From: Eledone cirrhosa
Lineage: Eukaryota
Direction: 5' to 3'
NCBI GenBank assembly: GCA_964016885.1
Contig: OZ024765.1
Coordinates: 17,050,001-17,114,000, forward strand
DNA: 64,000 bases
This document shows, piece after piece, positions 39,340-55,447 of this stretch. The notes below the pieces were generated by a model. That model was not told the DNA's origin. It made no database searches and saw only the letters and a program-made list of their open reading frames with translations. The position numbers and the translations under genes were made by a program. Numbering within the stretch: the first letter of the stretch is position 1; every line of letters starts with the position of its first letter.

Positions 39340-40225
39340 ACAACCCAATATTAGTTTTCCTTCAGTTTTTAATATTATTCAAAATGTTAACAAATGAAAA
39401 ATGTTCATTTCATCAAAATATATATTTTATTATACATATTTCAAAGGTACTATGGTGTTTAAGTACGTTTTCATCAGACAAAATATATGATTTGGTATGT
39501 GACATACCGCTACGGTGTTGATAATTCAATTCCAGTATTGGCAGTGTTTTATTTCATCAAATCTCAACATTTTTCTACCACAAATAATGTGATAAACTTA
39601 AAGAAAAGAACGTAGAGCAAGTTAGAGATATAAGACGGCGGGGGGGGGGGGGGGTGAAAATAAGAGGAAAAGGCAATAAATAAATAAATAAATAAATAAT
39701 AAATAAATAAATAGATAAATAAATAAATGAAAAAAATAATTGTTTCTACTTTAGGCACAAGGCCAGCGTTTAACCAGTGCATTACTGGTACTTTATTTTA
39801 TCGACCCCGTAAGGATGAAAGGCAAAGTCAACCTCGGCGGGATTTGAACTCAGATCGGAAAGGGACGTAACTATGCTGGAAAGCATGGCGTCCGACCCTC
39901 TACCGATACTGCCAATCCACCGCCATAAATGAAAAAAATAATAAATGGATGAATGAATAAAAGAAGAAAAGAAATATATGAAAGAAAAGAGGAATAAAGA
40001 CAAAACAGAGGGAATATGTAAAAGGAAACGAAGGGGGACAAAGAAAACACCAAATAGAGGGTGCCAGTACTGGAATTGAATAATCAAGACGGTAGGGGTA
40101 TGTCATATCAAATCATATATTTTGTCTGATGAAAACGTACTTAAACACCATAGTACCTTTGAAATATGTATAATAACGTATATATTTTGATTATGAGAAT
40201 ATTTTTCATTTGTTAACATTTCGAA
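39340..40225. mobile_element. Inverted pair of family B elements enclosing a family 1 SINE (39738-39925, -)
   Basis: About 39340-39545 is the reverse complement of about 40060-40225. The SINE has TSD ATAAATGAAAAAAATAAT. Confidence 0.75.
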
Positions 40226-40232
40226 TTATATA

Positions 40233-40278
<46 letters not shown>

Positions 40279-40509
40279 ATTTTGAGTAAATGTTCGTTCC
40301 TCAGAGGAAAAACAACACAACCAGGCGCTGGACATATCGATGGATTGACAGAGTAAAACACACTTCAACAACATGTGTACCTGTCTTTCCCACACCAATT
40401 CGGACTGCCTGAAGAGGTCACAGCCAATGATGGCTGTCATTGAAATATATATAGTAGTATCTCTATAATTTATAATAGAAGAAGCCAAATTTTACATATT
40501 TGACTTAAT

Positions 40510-40566
<57 letters not shown>

Positions 40567-40787
40567 AATTAGCGTTGATATCATCCACTACCCGGAATAC
40601 CATAACTGGACTACACCTAAGGGGACTGGATATAACTATTATTTGTTACCCCGTATATATATATATATGTAGGAGGTGAGTTTTATGGTAGTACAATAAA
40701 GCAATGCAGATATCAGATAAGAAGCACTCTACAGTTTGAAATGCGCATAATAAAATACATGGAACTCTTTTAACCATCTTTTGATCT

Positions 40788-40846
<59 letters not shown>

Positions 40847-40933
40847 TGTAAAAGGTAAACAGAAATAACAACATATTCGGTGCAGTGTATGGAAGGAATA
40901 TATTAGGTTAACACTTGAAATAGCAGGAAGAGG

Positions 40934-40971
40934 TTCTTGACATTTCGGACGCTAGTCCTTCACCAGAAGAA
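40934..40971 (-). ncRNA. Minimal hammerhead ribozyme with mutated core
   Basis: ttctt-CTGGTGA-aggac-tagc-gtcc-GAA-ATGT-C-aagaa. Stem I is 5 bp. The A6G change is probably inactivating. Confidence 0.65.
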
Positions 40972-41201
40972 AGAATGAGAAATAAGATAGATAGGGGGGA
41001 CGGGCGGGTTGGAATTGAAAAAAATGTCCTTAGATAAAAATAACAGGTCCATTCATGTTGACATCTCTTGGAAAACTGTTGGTGTTGGCTGGATTTGGAA
41101 TTTCACCCCGAAACTGGATACCTACTTGAACGTCCTCCAGGAAATCTTTCGTATCATTGAAATGTTCTTTGCTTCTTATATATATATATATATATATACA
41201 T

Positions 41202-41234
<33 letters not shown>

Positions 41235-41268
41235 CATATATATATAAATGTATGTATATACATGTATA

Positions 41269-41302
<34 letters not shown>

Positions 41303-41519
41303 CAACATAAGAGGAAATAATAGACAAAAATATAACTAGCTCAATGACCTCACAACGATGGGGCATTTCGATAATTGTTTCTACTTTAGGCACAAAGCCA
41401 GCAAATACCCAGTACATTACTGGTACAATGCCAAATGTTAAATATTGATCAGCGAAACTGCGCAGTCGGTATATTAGTGGGTATATTTGTCTCTATTATT
41501 TCCTCTCATCTTGTAATTT

Positions 41520-43625
<2,106 letters not shown>

Positions 43626-44479
43626 TCGTGCAAGTACCCGCGTTTCACCATTTCATCTTAGGTCTAAAGCCAGTACCACGTGGCTGCGAATCGAACACTT
43701 TAACCTCATAACCATGCGTACGCTTTTTTCATAAAGATAATATATATAGAAATTCTATCGTCCTTTTTTCCTTCGTTCAATTTCAATTTGCTGATTTTAG
43801 GCGACATGTTTTTACATCTGTCAGCTGAATATCAAATTAATCTTGAGCATTGCCCTAGTTGGACGACAAGCATAAGACCGCTGTCTACTTCAGTATTAAA
43901 GAATAGCTCATTCCTGCCTGTAATACCATGTTGCAGATGTGTCAAGGGGAGCAGGAACGCTGAATGAAAGTGGTTGATATGACATAAGCATCCATCTTAA
44001 AAAATAATGACGTGTATTTTAATAGCTTTTGTGTTTTCAATTCTGCTGTCTTTGAAGTTAGATTAATTCTTGCAGAACGTCCACACAGGTTCTGTGCCAT
44101 ACAATGAATACTTTTTGCAAATTATTTCACCTTAATAATTGTGGTTGACTTGCCAGGAGCCGAGCTAAACCTTTTGATAGTAACTCACTTAAAAAGTGGA
44201 TCCATTACTATGAAACTTCCTACTCCATTTTAAAACACTCCTATTTACGTAATTTAAAATTTCACAACATAATTTTATAACGAGAATGTGTTGCTAAGCG
44301 ATATTACAATTGCGTAATCTCTGATGGAATCATAGGGCAGCCATATTGAAAAATACCGTTTCTCCGGCATGTTTAAACACCTGACAGAACCCATCTCCTC
44401 TCCAGGTCTGAAGACAACAGATTTCTTCCAAAGAAGCATATAAAGTGGAAGGGAGTGAGAGAAAGAGATATAGAGAAAG

Positions 44480-45290
44480 AATCGACAATAGTACTGAACT
44501 GGTACTTCTTTTATTGACCGCGGAGGACAAAGTTGACTTCAGCGGGATTTGAACTCGGGAGTATAAAGCCGGAACAAATACGACAAGGTATTTTATCCGA
44601 CGTTCTAACGACTCTGCCAATTCGTCACCTATATAAGATACATATGTATGTTTATTATATTGGCAGTATCTTTAGAGGGTCGGACGCCATGCTTTCCAGC
44701 ATAGTTATGTCCCGTTACGATCTGAGTTCAAATCCCGCCGAGGTTGACTTTGCCTTCATCCTTACGGGGTCGATAAAATAAAGTACCAGTAATGCACTGG
44801 GTAATTGCTGGCCTTGTGGCTAAAGTAGAAACAATTATATATAGACATATTGTATTTCGGTCTGTATAAGGCTTTATTCTAACCCACGCCTTGTCAGTAC
44901 TATCACTACTAAATACTAACCCGACAAGCTTGCACATGTAACTAGTTTATGACGTAACTGTCTCGGTGGCCTAGTGGGAGGCATTAATGACAGAGGAGAT
45001 CCTGTTCTGGGGTTCAATCTCAGCGAGGGTCTACACTATGGGGTACTAGGTTAGGACGCGTATTAAAACAACGCCTTTATTCTAAATCATGTTGTGTCAG
45101 TATTATTGCTAATTAATTGTTTCTACTTTTGGCACAAGGCCAGCAAAAACCCAGTACATTACTGGTACTTTATTTCATCGATCCCGTAAGGATGAAAGGC
45201 AAAGTTAACCTCGGCGGGATTTGAACTCAGTCCGTAAAGGGACCTAACTCTACCGATACTGCCAATCCGCCACCTAATTATTGCTAATTA
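44480..45290. mobile_element. Three family 1 SINEs
   Basis: About 44480-44630 (-), 44660-44838 (+) and 45116-45276 (-). The last is internally deleted, with TSD ATTATTGCTAATTA. Confidence 0.85.
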
Positions 45291-45879
45291 ATACCAAGCT
45301 TGCACTCTATGTACCTAGTTTATGACAAACATTATAATAATGTCTTTATTGTAAATCACGCCGTAACAGTATTATCGCTATTTTATACCAGCCTGCCAAG
45401 CTATGTACCTAATTTATAACAAACATTATAACAACACTGTTTACTTAAGTATTAAACAATAGTTCCCTCTTTCCTGTAATACCGTGTTGAAGATGTTAAT
45501 AGGAGCAGTAATTCTATATGAAAAGAGTTGACATGACATAAGCCTCCATCTTATATTAAAACAAACAACGATATATACTTTAACAGCTTCTGTTATTTCA
45601 GTTTTTGCAAAACATCCTGAAGGGCCTACATTGTACAATAGATATTTTGTAAAAATCATTTCCCATTAATAATTGTGATTCACTTGCCGAGGGGAGAGAG
45701 GATCTGTTGACATACATTGACAGCCTTTCATGTCGACTATAAGAAAACATATTATCAGAGACGCTGTCAATAGTGAAAAGAAGAGAAAGAAAGAATATAT
45801 TAAACTGCACCAACAAAGAATCCTCTGTTAGATTCAAGTTGTGAAAATGCATTTTATGTCAAGCGTAGAAGGCGTAGAA

Positions 45880-46211
45880 TGTTGAGGATGGCTCTGAATA
45901 TTAATACACTGAGGATGAAGAACTCTGTACGGGAGCCTCCCAAAAGTCAGCTCAAAAGTGATATAAAGGAAACTGAGGTTAGCTGGACATGTTCACCGAT
46001 ATTCAGAGTTGGCACTGCACTCAGTGCTCCTGTGAGAGCCCCTACACGGACACACTAGAAGAGGCAGACCGTGGTTGACATATGTTGATGCCTTAAGGAC
46101 AGACACTGGTCTCTTAGAGACGCAGGACATGGCGGTGATGATGAAGGACAGAGACCGCTGGAGAGAACTCGTCCATGGATCTCGGGAATTGTACCTGCCC
46201 TAGATAGATAG
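45880..46211 (+). mobile_element. LINE 3' end with (TAGA)n tail, same family as 8865 and 20396
   Basis: Colinear single-unit copy: SSKV..RKLRLAGH.HR..ELALHSVLL.EPLHGHT...RWRELVHGSR. Confidence 0.88.
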
Positions 46212-46715
46212 AAGGCGATCTCGGTGGCCTAGTGGTAAAATATGTTGTGAGACTGCTGAGATCCTAACTAGTACTCCGTCAGTTACGTCGACGAGCGTTC
46301 CAATTGATTTGATCAACAGAACAGCCTGCTCGTGAAATTAACCTGTAGGTGGTTGAGTATTCCACACCACAGACACGTACAGACAAGTACAGCTCATTTT
46401 TGCCAGCTGAGTGGACTGGAGCAACGTGAAATAAAGTGTCTTGCCCTAGGATATAACACATCGTCGGGAAACGAACTTAGGACCTAACGATTGTGAGCCG
46501 AATTCTCCAAGGTTTAACATTGGTCTGGATCTATACAGGGGTGGTGGGGGGTCTTACTAAACTTTTAGATGTAGAAGGTGGTCTCAATAGCCTAGTGGTA
46601 AAGTGTGATGTCAGGTTGTTATGATCATGTTACTATTTATTATAGTTAAGGCCCTTTACATTCACAGTTCAAATCCCGCCGAGGTTAACTTTGCTTTTCA
46701 TCCTTACGGTTGTTC

Positions 46716-49331
46716 AACTAAGACATTCTCCAAATATGGTAGTAGTCAGTAGAGATCTGACTGCTATTTCTAGCAGCCCACGCCATAATGCCCTTGGTTG
46801 TTCAAATATAGTAGTAGTCAGTAAAGATCTGACTGCTATTCCTAGCAGCCCACGCCATAATGCCCTTGGTTGTTCAAATATGGTAGTAGTCAGTAGAGAT
46901 CTGGCTGCCATTTCTAGCAGACCAGGCCATAATGCCCTTGGTTGATCAAATATGGTAGTAGTCAGTAGAGATCTGGCTGCCATTTCTAGCAGACCAGGCC
47001 ATAATGCCCTTGGTTGATCAAATATGGTAGTAGTCAGTAGAGATCTGACTGCTACTTCTAGCAGGCCAGGCCATAATGCCCTTGGTTGATCAAATATGGT
47101 AGTAGTCAGTAGAGATCTGGCTGCCATTTCTAGCAGACCAGGCCATAATGTCCTTGGTTGTTCAAATATGGTAGTAGTCAGTAGAGATCTGACTGCTACT
47201 TCTAGCAGGCCAGGCCATAATGTCCTTGGTTGTTCAAATATGGTAGTAGTCAGTAGAGATATGGCTGCCATTTCTAGCAGGCCAGGCCATAATGTCCTTG
47301 GTTGTTCAAATATGGTAGTAGTCAGTAGAGATCTGGCTGCCATTTCTAGCAGGCCAGGCCATAATGTCCTTGGTTGTTCAAATATGGTAGTAGTCAGTAG
47401 AGATATGGCTGCCATTTCTAGCAGGCCAGGCCATAATGTCCTTGGTTGTTCAAATATGGTAGTAGTCAGTAGAGATATGGCTGCTATTTCTAGCAGGCCA
47501 GGCCATAATGCCCTTGGTTGATCAAATATGGTAGTAGTCAGTAGAGATCTGACTGCTACTTCTAGCAGGCCAGGCCATAATGTCCTTGGTTGTTCAAATA
47601 TGGTAGTAGTCAGTAGAGATATGGCTGCCATTTCTAGCAGGCCAGGCCATAATGTCCTTGGTTGTTCAAATATGGTAGTAGTCAGTAGAGATCTGGCTGC
47701 TACTTCTAGCAGGCCAGGCCATACTGTCCTTGGTTGTTCAAATATGGTAGTAGTCAGTAGAGATCTGGCTGCCATTTCTAGCAGGCCAGGCCATAATGCC
47801 CTTGGTTGTTCAAATAGGGTAGTAGTCAGTAGAGATCTGACTGCTACTTCTAGCAGGCCAGGCCATAATGCCCTTGGTTGTTCAAATATGGTAGTAGTCA
47901 GTAGAGATCTGACTGCTATTTCTAGCAGGCCAGGCCATAATGCCCTTGGTTGTTCAAATATGGTAGTAGTCAGTAGAGATCTGACTGCTACTTCTAGCAG
48001 GCCAGGCCATAATGCTCTTGGTTGTTCAAATATGGTAGTAGTCAGTAGAGATCTGGCTGCTACTTCTAGCAGGCCAGGCCATGATGCCCTTGGTTGTTCA
48101 AATAGGGTAGTAGTCAGTAGAGATCTGACTGCTACTTCTAGCAGGCCAGGCCATAATGCCCTTGGTTGTTCAAATATGGTAGTAGTCAGTAGAGATCTGA
48201 CTGCTATTTCTAGCAGGCCAGGCCATAATGCCCTTGGTTGTTCAAATATGGTAGTAGTCAGTAGAGATCTGACTGCTATTCCTAGCAGCCCACGCCATAA
48301 TGTCCTTGGTTGTTCAAATATGGTAGTAGTCAGTTGAGATCTGACTGCTATTTCTAGCAGGCCAGGCCAAAATGCCCTTGGTTGTTCAAATATGGTAGTA
48401 GTCAGTAGAGATCTGGCTGCCATTTCTAGCAGGCCAGGCCATAATGTCCTTGGTTGTTCAAATATGGTAGTAGTCAGTAGAGATCTGGCTGCTACTTCTA
48501 GCAGGCCAGGCCATAATGTCCTTGGTTGTTCAAATATGGTAGTAGTCAGTAGAGATCTGGCTGCCATTTCTAGCAGGCCAGGCCATAATGTCCTTGGTTG
48601 TTCAAATATGGTAGTAGTCAGTAGAGATCTGGCTGCTATTCCTAGCAGGCCAGACCATAATGCCCTTGGTTGTTCAAATATGGTAGTAGTCAGTAGAGAT
48701 CTGACTGCTATTTCTAGCAGGCCAGGCCATAATGCCCTTGGTTGTTCAAATATGGTAGTAGTCAGTAGAGATCTGACTGCTACTTCTAGCAGGCCAGGCC
48801 ATAATGCCCTTGGTTGTTCAAATATGGTAGTAGTCAGTAAAGATCTGACTGCTATTCCTAGCAGCCCACGCCATAATGTCCTTGGTTGTTCAAATATGGT
48901 AGTAGTCAGTTGAGATCTGACTGCTATTTCTAGCAGGCCAGGCCATAATGCCCTTGGTTGTTCAAATATGGTAGTAGTCAGTAGAGATCTGACTGCTATT
49001 CCTAGCAGGCCAGGCCATAATGCCCTTGGTTGTTCAAATATGGTAGTAGTCAGTTGAGATCTGACTGCTATTTCTAGCAGGCCAGGCCATAATGCCCTTG
49101 GTTGTTCAAATATGGTAGTAGTCAGTAGAGATCTGACTGCTATTCCTAGCAGGCCAGGCCATAATGCCCTTGGTTGTTCAAATATGGTAGTAGTCAGTAG
49201 AGATCTGGCTGCTACTTCTAGCAGGCCAGGCCATAATGCCCTTGGTTGTTCAAATATGGTAGTAGTCAGTAGAGATCTGACTGCTACTTCTAGCAGGCCA
49301 GGCCATGATGTCCAACTAAGACTCTCCAAAT
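46716..49331. repeat. 72-bp minisatellite, 36 copies
   Basis: ATATGGTAGTAGTCAG recurs from 46734 to 49254 at period 72. It is bounded by CAACTAAGAC(AT)TCTCCAAAT on both sides. Confidence 0.97.
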
Positions 49332-49819
49332 TGTAAAGAACTGACGATATCCTGCCATTTCCACAGACAGAAGAAATCTGAGATTTTTGTCTCTGTACAT
49401 TTGCCATTTGACATAGAGTTCACCTTCTTTACCTACTATGATACATGTGTGTATGTATATATTAAGTATATACATGTGTGTTTATGTGTAAATATATATA
49501 TAAATATGCATGTATATATATATATGTATATATGTGTGTATTTATATAATATATGTGTTTATGCATGTATTTATTTATTATATATATATATATATATATG
49601 TCCATATGTGTGTATTTATGTGTTTGTATTTATTATATATATATATATATATATAAATGCATGTATATATATATATATGTACACATGTGTGTATTTATAT
49701 ATGTGTGTGTGTATTTATTATATATATATATATATATGTACATATGTGTGTACTTATATATATGCGTGTGTATTTATTATATATGTATACCCACACATAG
49801 CAGTGTCTATAAGAGGCAC

Positions 49820-49859
<40 letters not shown>

Positions 49860-49988
49860 GTATCTGTGTATATATATATATACGTACATATATGTATGTG
49901 TACCTGTATGTATATATGTATATATATATATATATGCATGCTACTGTACGTCTGTATACATATATGTATGTACGTATACATACATACT

Positions 49989-50023
<35 letters not shown>

Positions 50024-50313
50024 GTATGTGTGTATATCTATCTATCTATATATATATGTATATATATATATATTATAATATGATATCCAAGGAAAGTATA
50101 TACATCAATAATAGAAATCGACAAAATAAAACAATGAAGGACATATCTATTTGAAAGGTACGTTTTGTTTACGACATGCAGTGATATTTCCTTCAGCAGT
50201 AACTTGGTCAATTTAGCCTATCAGACCCCAGTTTTCGTTATCAGACAGACTAAAGATCCCAATCTGTTGAAGAATCGACCCCCTTCTGACAGGTTCTTAG
50301 TCTTTTCTGGGAT

Positions 50314-52535
50314 TTAACCCTTTAGCATTCACATTACTCTATATATACTATTATATTTTCACAGTAAAGGCTTTATCTCACATACTATCTCACATAACAT
50401 TTACATTACTCTATATATAATATTATATTTTCACAGTAAAGGCTTTATCTCACATAATATCTCACATAACATTTACATTACTCTATATATACTATTATAT
50501 TTTCACAGTAAAGGCTTTACCTCACATAATATCTCACATAACATTTACATTACTCTATATATACTATTATATTTTCACAGTAAAGGCTTTATCTCACATA
50601 CTATCTCACATAACATTTACATTACTCTATATATACTATTATATTTTCACAGTAAAGGCTTTATCTCACATAATATCTCACATAACATTTACATTACTCT
50701 ATATATACTATTATATTTTCACAGTAAAGGCTTTACCTCACATAATATCTCACATAACATTTACATTACTCTATATATACTATTATATTTTCACAGTAAA
50801 GGCTTTATCTCACATACTATCTCACATAACATTTACATTACTCTATATATACTATTATATTTTCACAGTAAAGGCTTTATCTCACATAATATCTCACATA
50901 ACATTTACATTACTCTAGATATACTATTGTATTTTCACAGTAAAGGCTTTACCTCACATAATATCTCACATAACATTTACATTACTCTATATATACTATT
51001 GTATTTTCACAGTAAAGTCTTTACCGCACATAATATCTCACATAACATTTACATTACTCTATATATACTATTATATTTTCACAGTAAAGGCTTTACCTCA
51101 CATAATATCTCACATAACATTTACATTACTCTATATATACTATTGTATTTTCACAGTAAAGTCTTTACCGCACATAATATCTCACATAACATTTACATTA
51201 CTCTATATATACTATTGTATTTTCACAGTAAAGTCTTTACCGCACATAATATCTCACATAACATTTACATTACTCTATATATACTATTGTATTTTCACAG
51301 TAAAGTCTTTACCGCACATAATATCTCACATAACATTTACATTACTCTATATATACTATTATATTTTCACAGTAAAGGCTTTACCTCACATAATATCTCA
51401 CATAACATTTACATTACTCTATATATACTATTATATTTTCACAGTAAAGTCTTTACCGCACATAATATCTCACATAACATTTACATTACTCTATATATAC
51501 TATTATATTTTCACAGTAAAGGCTTTACCTCACATAATATCTCACATAACATTTACATTACTCTATATATACTATTGTATTTTCACAGTAGAGTCTTTAC
51601 CGCACATAATATCTCACATAACATTTACATTACTCTATATATACTATTATATTTTCACAGTAAAGGCTTTACCTCACATAATATCTCACATAACATTTAC
51701 ATTATTCTATATATACTATTGTATTTTCACAGTAAAGTCTTTACCGCACATAATATATCACATAACATTTACATTACTCTATATATACTATTGTATTTTC
51801 ACAGTAAAGTCTTTACCGCACATAATATCTCACATAACATTTACATTACTCTATATATACTATTATATTTTCACAGTAAAGGCTTTACCTCACATAATAT
51901 CTCACATAACATTTACATTACTCTATATATACTATTGTATTTTCACAGTAAAGTCTTTACCGCACATAATATCTCACATAACATTTACATTACTCTATAT
52001 ATACTATTGTATTTTCACAGTAAAGTCTTTACCGCACATAATATCTCACATAACATTTACATTACTCTATATATACTATTGTATTTTCACAGTAAAGTCT
52101 TTACCGCACATAATATCTCACATAACATTTACATTACTCTATATATACTATTATATTTTCACAGTAAAGGCTTTACCTCACATAATATCTCACATAACAT
52201 TTACATTACTCTATATATACTATTGTATTTTCACAGTAAAGGCTTTACCTCACATAATATCTCACATAACATTTACATTACTCTATATATACTATTATAT
52301 TTTCACAGTAAAGGCTTTACCTCACATAATATCTCACATAACATTTACATTACTCTATATATACTATTGTATTTTCACAGTAAAGGCTTTACCTCACATA
52401 ATATCTCACATAACATTTACATTACTCTATATATACTATTGTATTTTCACAGTAAAGGCTTTACCTCACATAATGTCTCACATGACATTTAAATTACTCT
52501 ATATATACTATTGTATTTTCATGGTAAAAGCTTTA
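50314..52535. repeat. Second, unrelated 72-bp minisatellite, about 31 copies, starting at a TTAA-CCCTTTAGCATT terminus
   Basis: ACATTACTCT recurs from 50331 to 52491 at period 72. Confidence 0.97.
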
Positions 52536-52730
52536 CCTAAAGACTTTATTTCACGTTGCTCCTTCTACCTGGAGTTGCGACCGATAGATAGTATTAGCAA
52601 TTGGAAAGACCAACGGAAACATTGTTTCCTCGGTCCGATTTGACAAAAGTCGATCGTTCCTTTATATATATATGAAATCTAAAAAGATCGGGAACCGAAA
52701 CTTGATGTTATAATATTAGCTAAGATATGA

Positions 52731-53021
<291 letters not shown>

Positions 53022-53029
53022 TAACGGTC

Positions 53030-54190
53030 ATGGGGATAGTGATGGAGGTGGTTGGTGGTGATGAGGATAGAGGAGGTGATAGAGGAGGTGATGGTGGAGG
53101 TGATGGTGGAGGTGATGGTGGAGGTGATGGTGAAGGTGATGGTGGCGTTGGTGGAGGTGATGGTGGCGGTGGTGGAGGTGATGGTGGCGGTGGTGGAGGT
53201 GATGGTGGAGGAGGTGATGGTAGCGTTGGTGGAGGTGATGGTGGCGGTGGTGGAGGTGATGGTGGCGGTGGTGGAGGTGATGGTGGCGGTGGTGGAGGTG
53301 ATGGTGGAGGAGGTGATGGTAGCGTTGGTGGAGGTGATGGTGGCGGTGGTGGAGGTGATGGTGGCGGTGGTGGAGGTGATGATGGTGATAGAGGTGATGA
53401 TGGTGATGGTGGTGATGGTGATGGTGAAAGTGATGGTGAAGGTCATGATGGAGGTGAAGATGATGGTGGTGGAGGTGATGATGATGATGATAATGGAGGT
53501 GGTGGTGATGATGATAATGGAAGTGGTGGTGATGATGATGATGATAATGGAGGTGGTGATGATGGCGGTGGTAGCGGTTGTGGCGAAGGTGACGGTGGTC
53601 TTCAGATTGATCGAGATGATGGTGATGATGATGATGATGTGATGGTGACGATGATGGTGATGATGGTGATGATGATGATGATGTGATGGTGACGATAATG
53701 GTGATGATGGTGATGATGATGATGGTGATGGTGACGATGATGATAAATATGGTGGTGGTGATGATGATGATAGAGGTGATAATGATGGTGTTGATGGTGA
53801 CGTTGATGGTGGTGACGATGGTGATGGTGGTGGTGACGATGGTGATGATGGTGGTGACGATGGTGATGATGGTGATGATGATAGAGGTGATGATGATGGT
53901 GTTGATGGTGACGTTGATGGTGGTGACGATGGTGATGATGGTGGTGACGATGGTGATGATGGTGGTGACGATGGTGATGATGGTGATGATAGAGGTGATG
54001 ATGATGGTGTTGATGGTGACGTTGATGGTGGTGACGATGGTGATGGTGGTGGTGACGATGGTGATGATGGTGATGATGATAGAGGTGATGATGATGATGA
54101 TGATGATGGCGACGACGACGGCGATGGTGGTGATGATGACGATGATGATGATGATGATGACGATGACTACGACGATGGCTAACATGATGA
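53030..54190. repeat. (GGT/GAT)n trinucleotide field filling an intron
   Basis: Direct reading. Confidence 0.95.
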
Positions 54191-54248
54191 AAGGGGTGTA
54201 GTAGGTTATATCTGATCTGATCTGATCTCCTCTCTCTCTCTTCTCCAG

Positions 54249-54407
54249 ATCGGTGGTTCCCGGATGCTTCCGGTACGTTGGATGTCCCCGGAGAGTGTGA
54301 AGTACGGAAGATTTACGGCCGAATCTGATGTCTGGTCCTTTGGTATAGTACTGTGGGAGATATTCAGCTATGGGAAACAACCTTATTATGGACATTCAAA
54401 CGAAGAG
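54249..54407 (+). CDS. Trk-like RTK exon: subdomains VIII-IX
   Basis: Acceptor ctctcttctccag. Encodes [53 protein letters not shown]. Donor GAG|gtaagg. Confidence 0.97.
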
Positions 54408-54488
54408 GTAAGGACAATATACCAGACGGATTAGCAGTGTCGGTAAAGCGTCGAAAATATTGCTTTGCAGCATAGAGTTATGGCCTTT

Positions 54489-54888
54489 TACGTTGGTTCA
54501 ACGGAGAGTGTGAAGTACGAAAGATTTACGGCCAAATCTGATGTCTGGTCCTTTGGTATAGTACTGTGGGAGACAATCTTATTATGGACATTCAAACGAA
54601 GAGGTAAGGACAATATACCAGACGGATTAGCAGTGTCGGTAAAGCGTCGAAAATATTGCTTTGCGGCATAGAGTTATGGCCTTTTACGTTGGTTCAACGG
54701 AGAGTGTGAAGTACGAAAGATTTACGGCCGAATCTGATGTCTGGTCCTTTCGTATAGTACTGTGGGAGACAAACTTATTATGGACATTCAAACGAAGAGG
54801 TAAGGACAATATACCAGACGGATTAGCAGTGTCGGTAAAGCGTCGAAAATATTGCTTTGCGGCATAGAGTTATGGCCTTTTACGTTGG
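54489..54888 (+). pseudogene. Two tandem 196-bp copies of the 3' part of the 54249 exon plus donor and intron start
   Basis: Near-identical copies of GAGAGTGTGAAGTAC...GAAGAG|gtaagg with a shared 17-nt deletion. Donors follow 54603 and 54799. Confidence 0.9.
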
Positions 54889-54889
54889 A

Positions 54890-55420
54890 TCCCCAAGCAT
54901 GACCAGACAAGCTCATGGATGTTATCTAACCATCTTGCTTGGGGTCTATCCTTGAGTCTCTTGCCGGTTGGATTTGCCCGTAAAATCTGTCCAGTGACAT
55001 TCTAACCCCATGCCCATACTATCGGAGCTGTGATCTCTCAATTCAGAGAATTCGCGGTTCTACCTGTAGTGACTGTTCTCCGAGCTACGTATTCTATCGA
55101 GTAAAATTACTCTAAAAACCCTTCGAGGGAACCCTATTTTGGCCGCTTGTATTTGCGCTCAACCTGCGATTCTTTACTTAGATATTCTAACATGTCCGTA
55201 ATATCGGATTTGCGATATTCCAATTCGAAGAAGCAGCGGCTCTAACTTGAACAACACCCTGATCTCCGAGCCTCACACACTATTGGGTAACGTTACACCA
55301 AAGCAACTTCGGGGAAACCCCATTTCGGCCGCTTGTATTCTAACCATAGTATCAGAACTGTGATCTCTCAATTCGGAGGAACCTCATTTCGGCTGCTTCT
55401 ATTCGCGATCGTATTCCAAA
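54890..55420 (-). mobile_element. Rearranged RTE-type LINE fragments, same family as 24860
   Basis: Matches GGAGCTGTGATCTCTCAATT, CGAGCTACG and GGCCGCTTGTATTT segments. Confidence 0.75.
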
Positions 55421-55447
55421 TCAAAATATTTCACTTTATTTCTACCA

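Noticed and set aside
46714-49407. 897-aa repeat protein on the minus strand
   Set aside because: It is a 72-bp DNA satellite inside an intron. It has no recognisable domain, and an open frame is expected from a stop-free unit.
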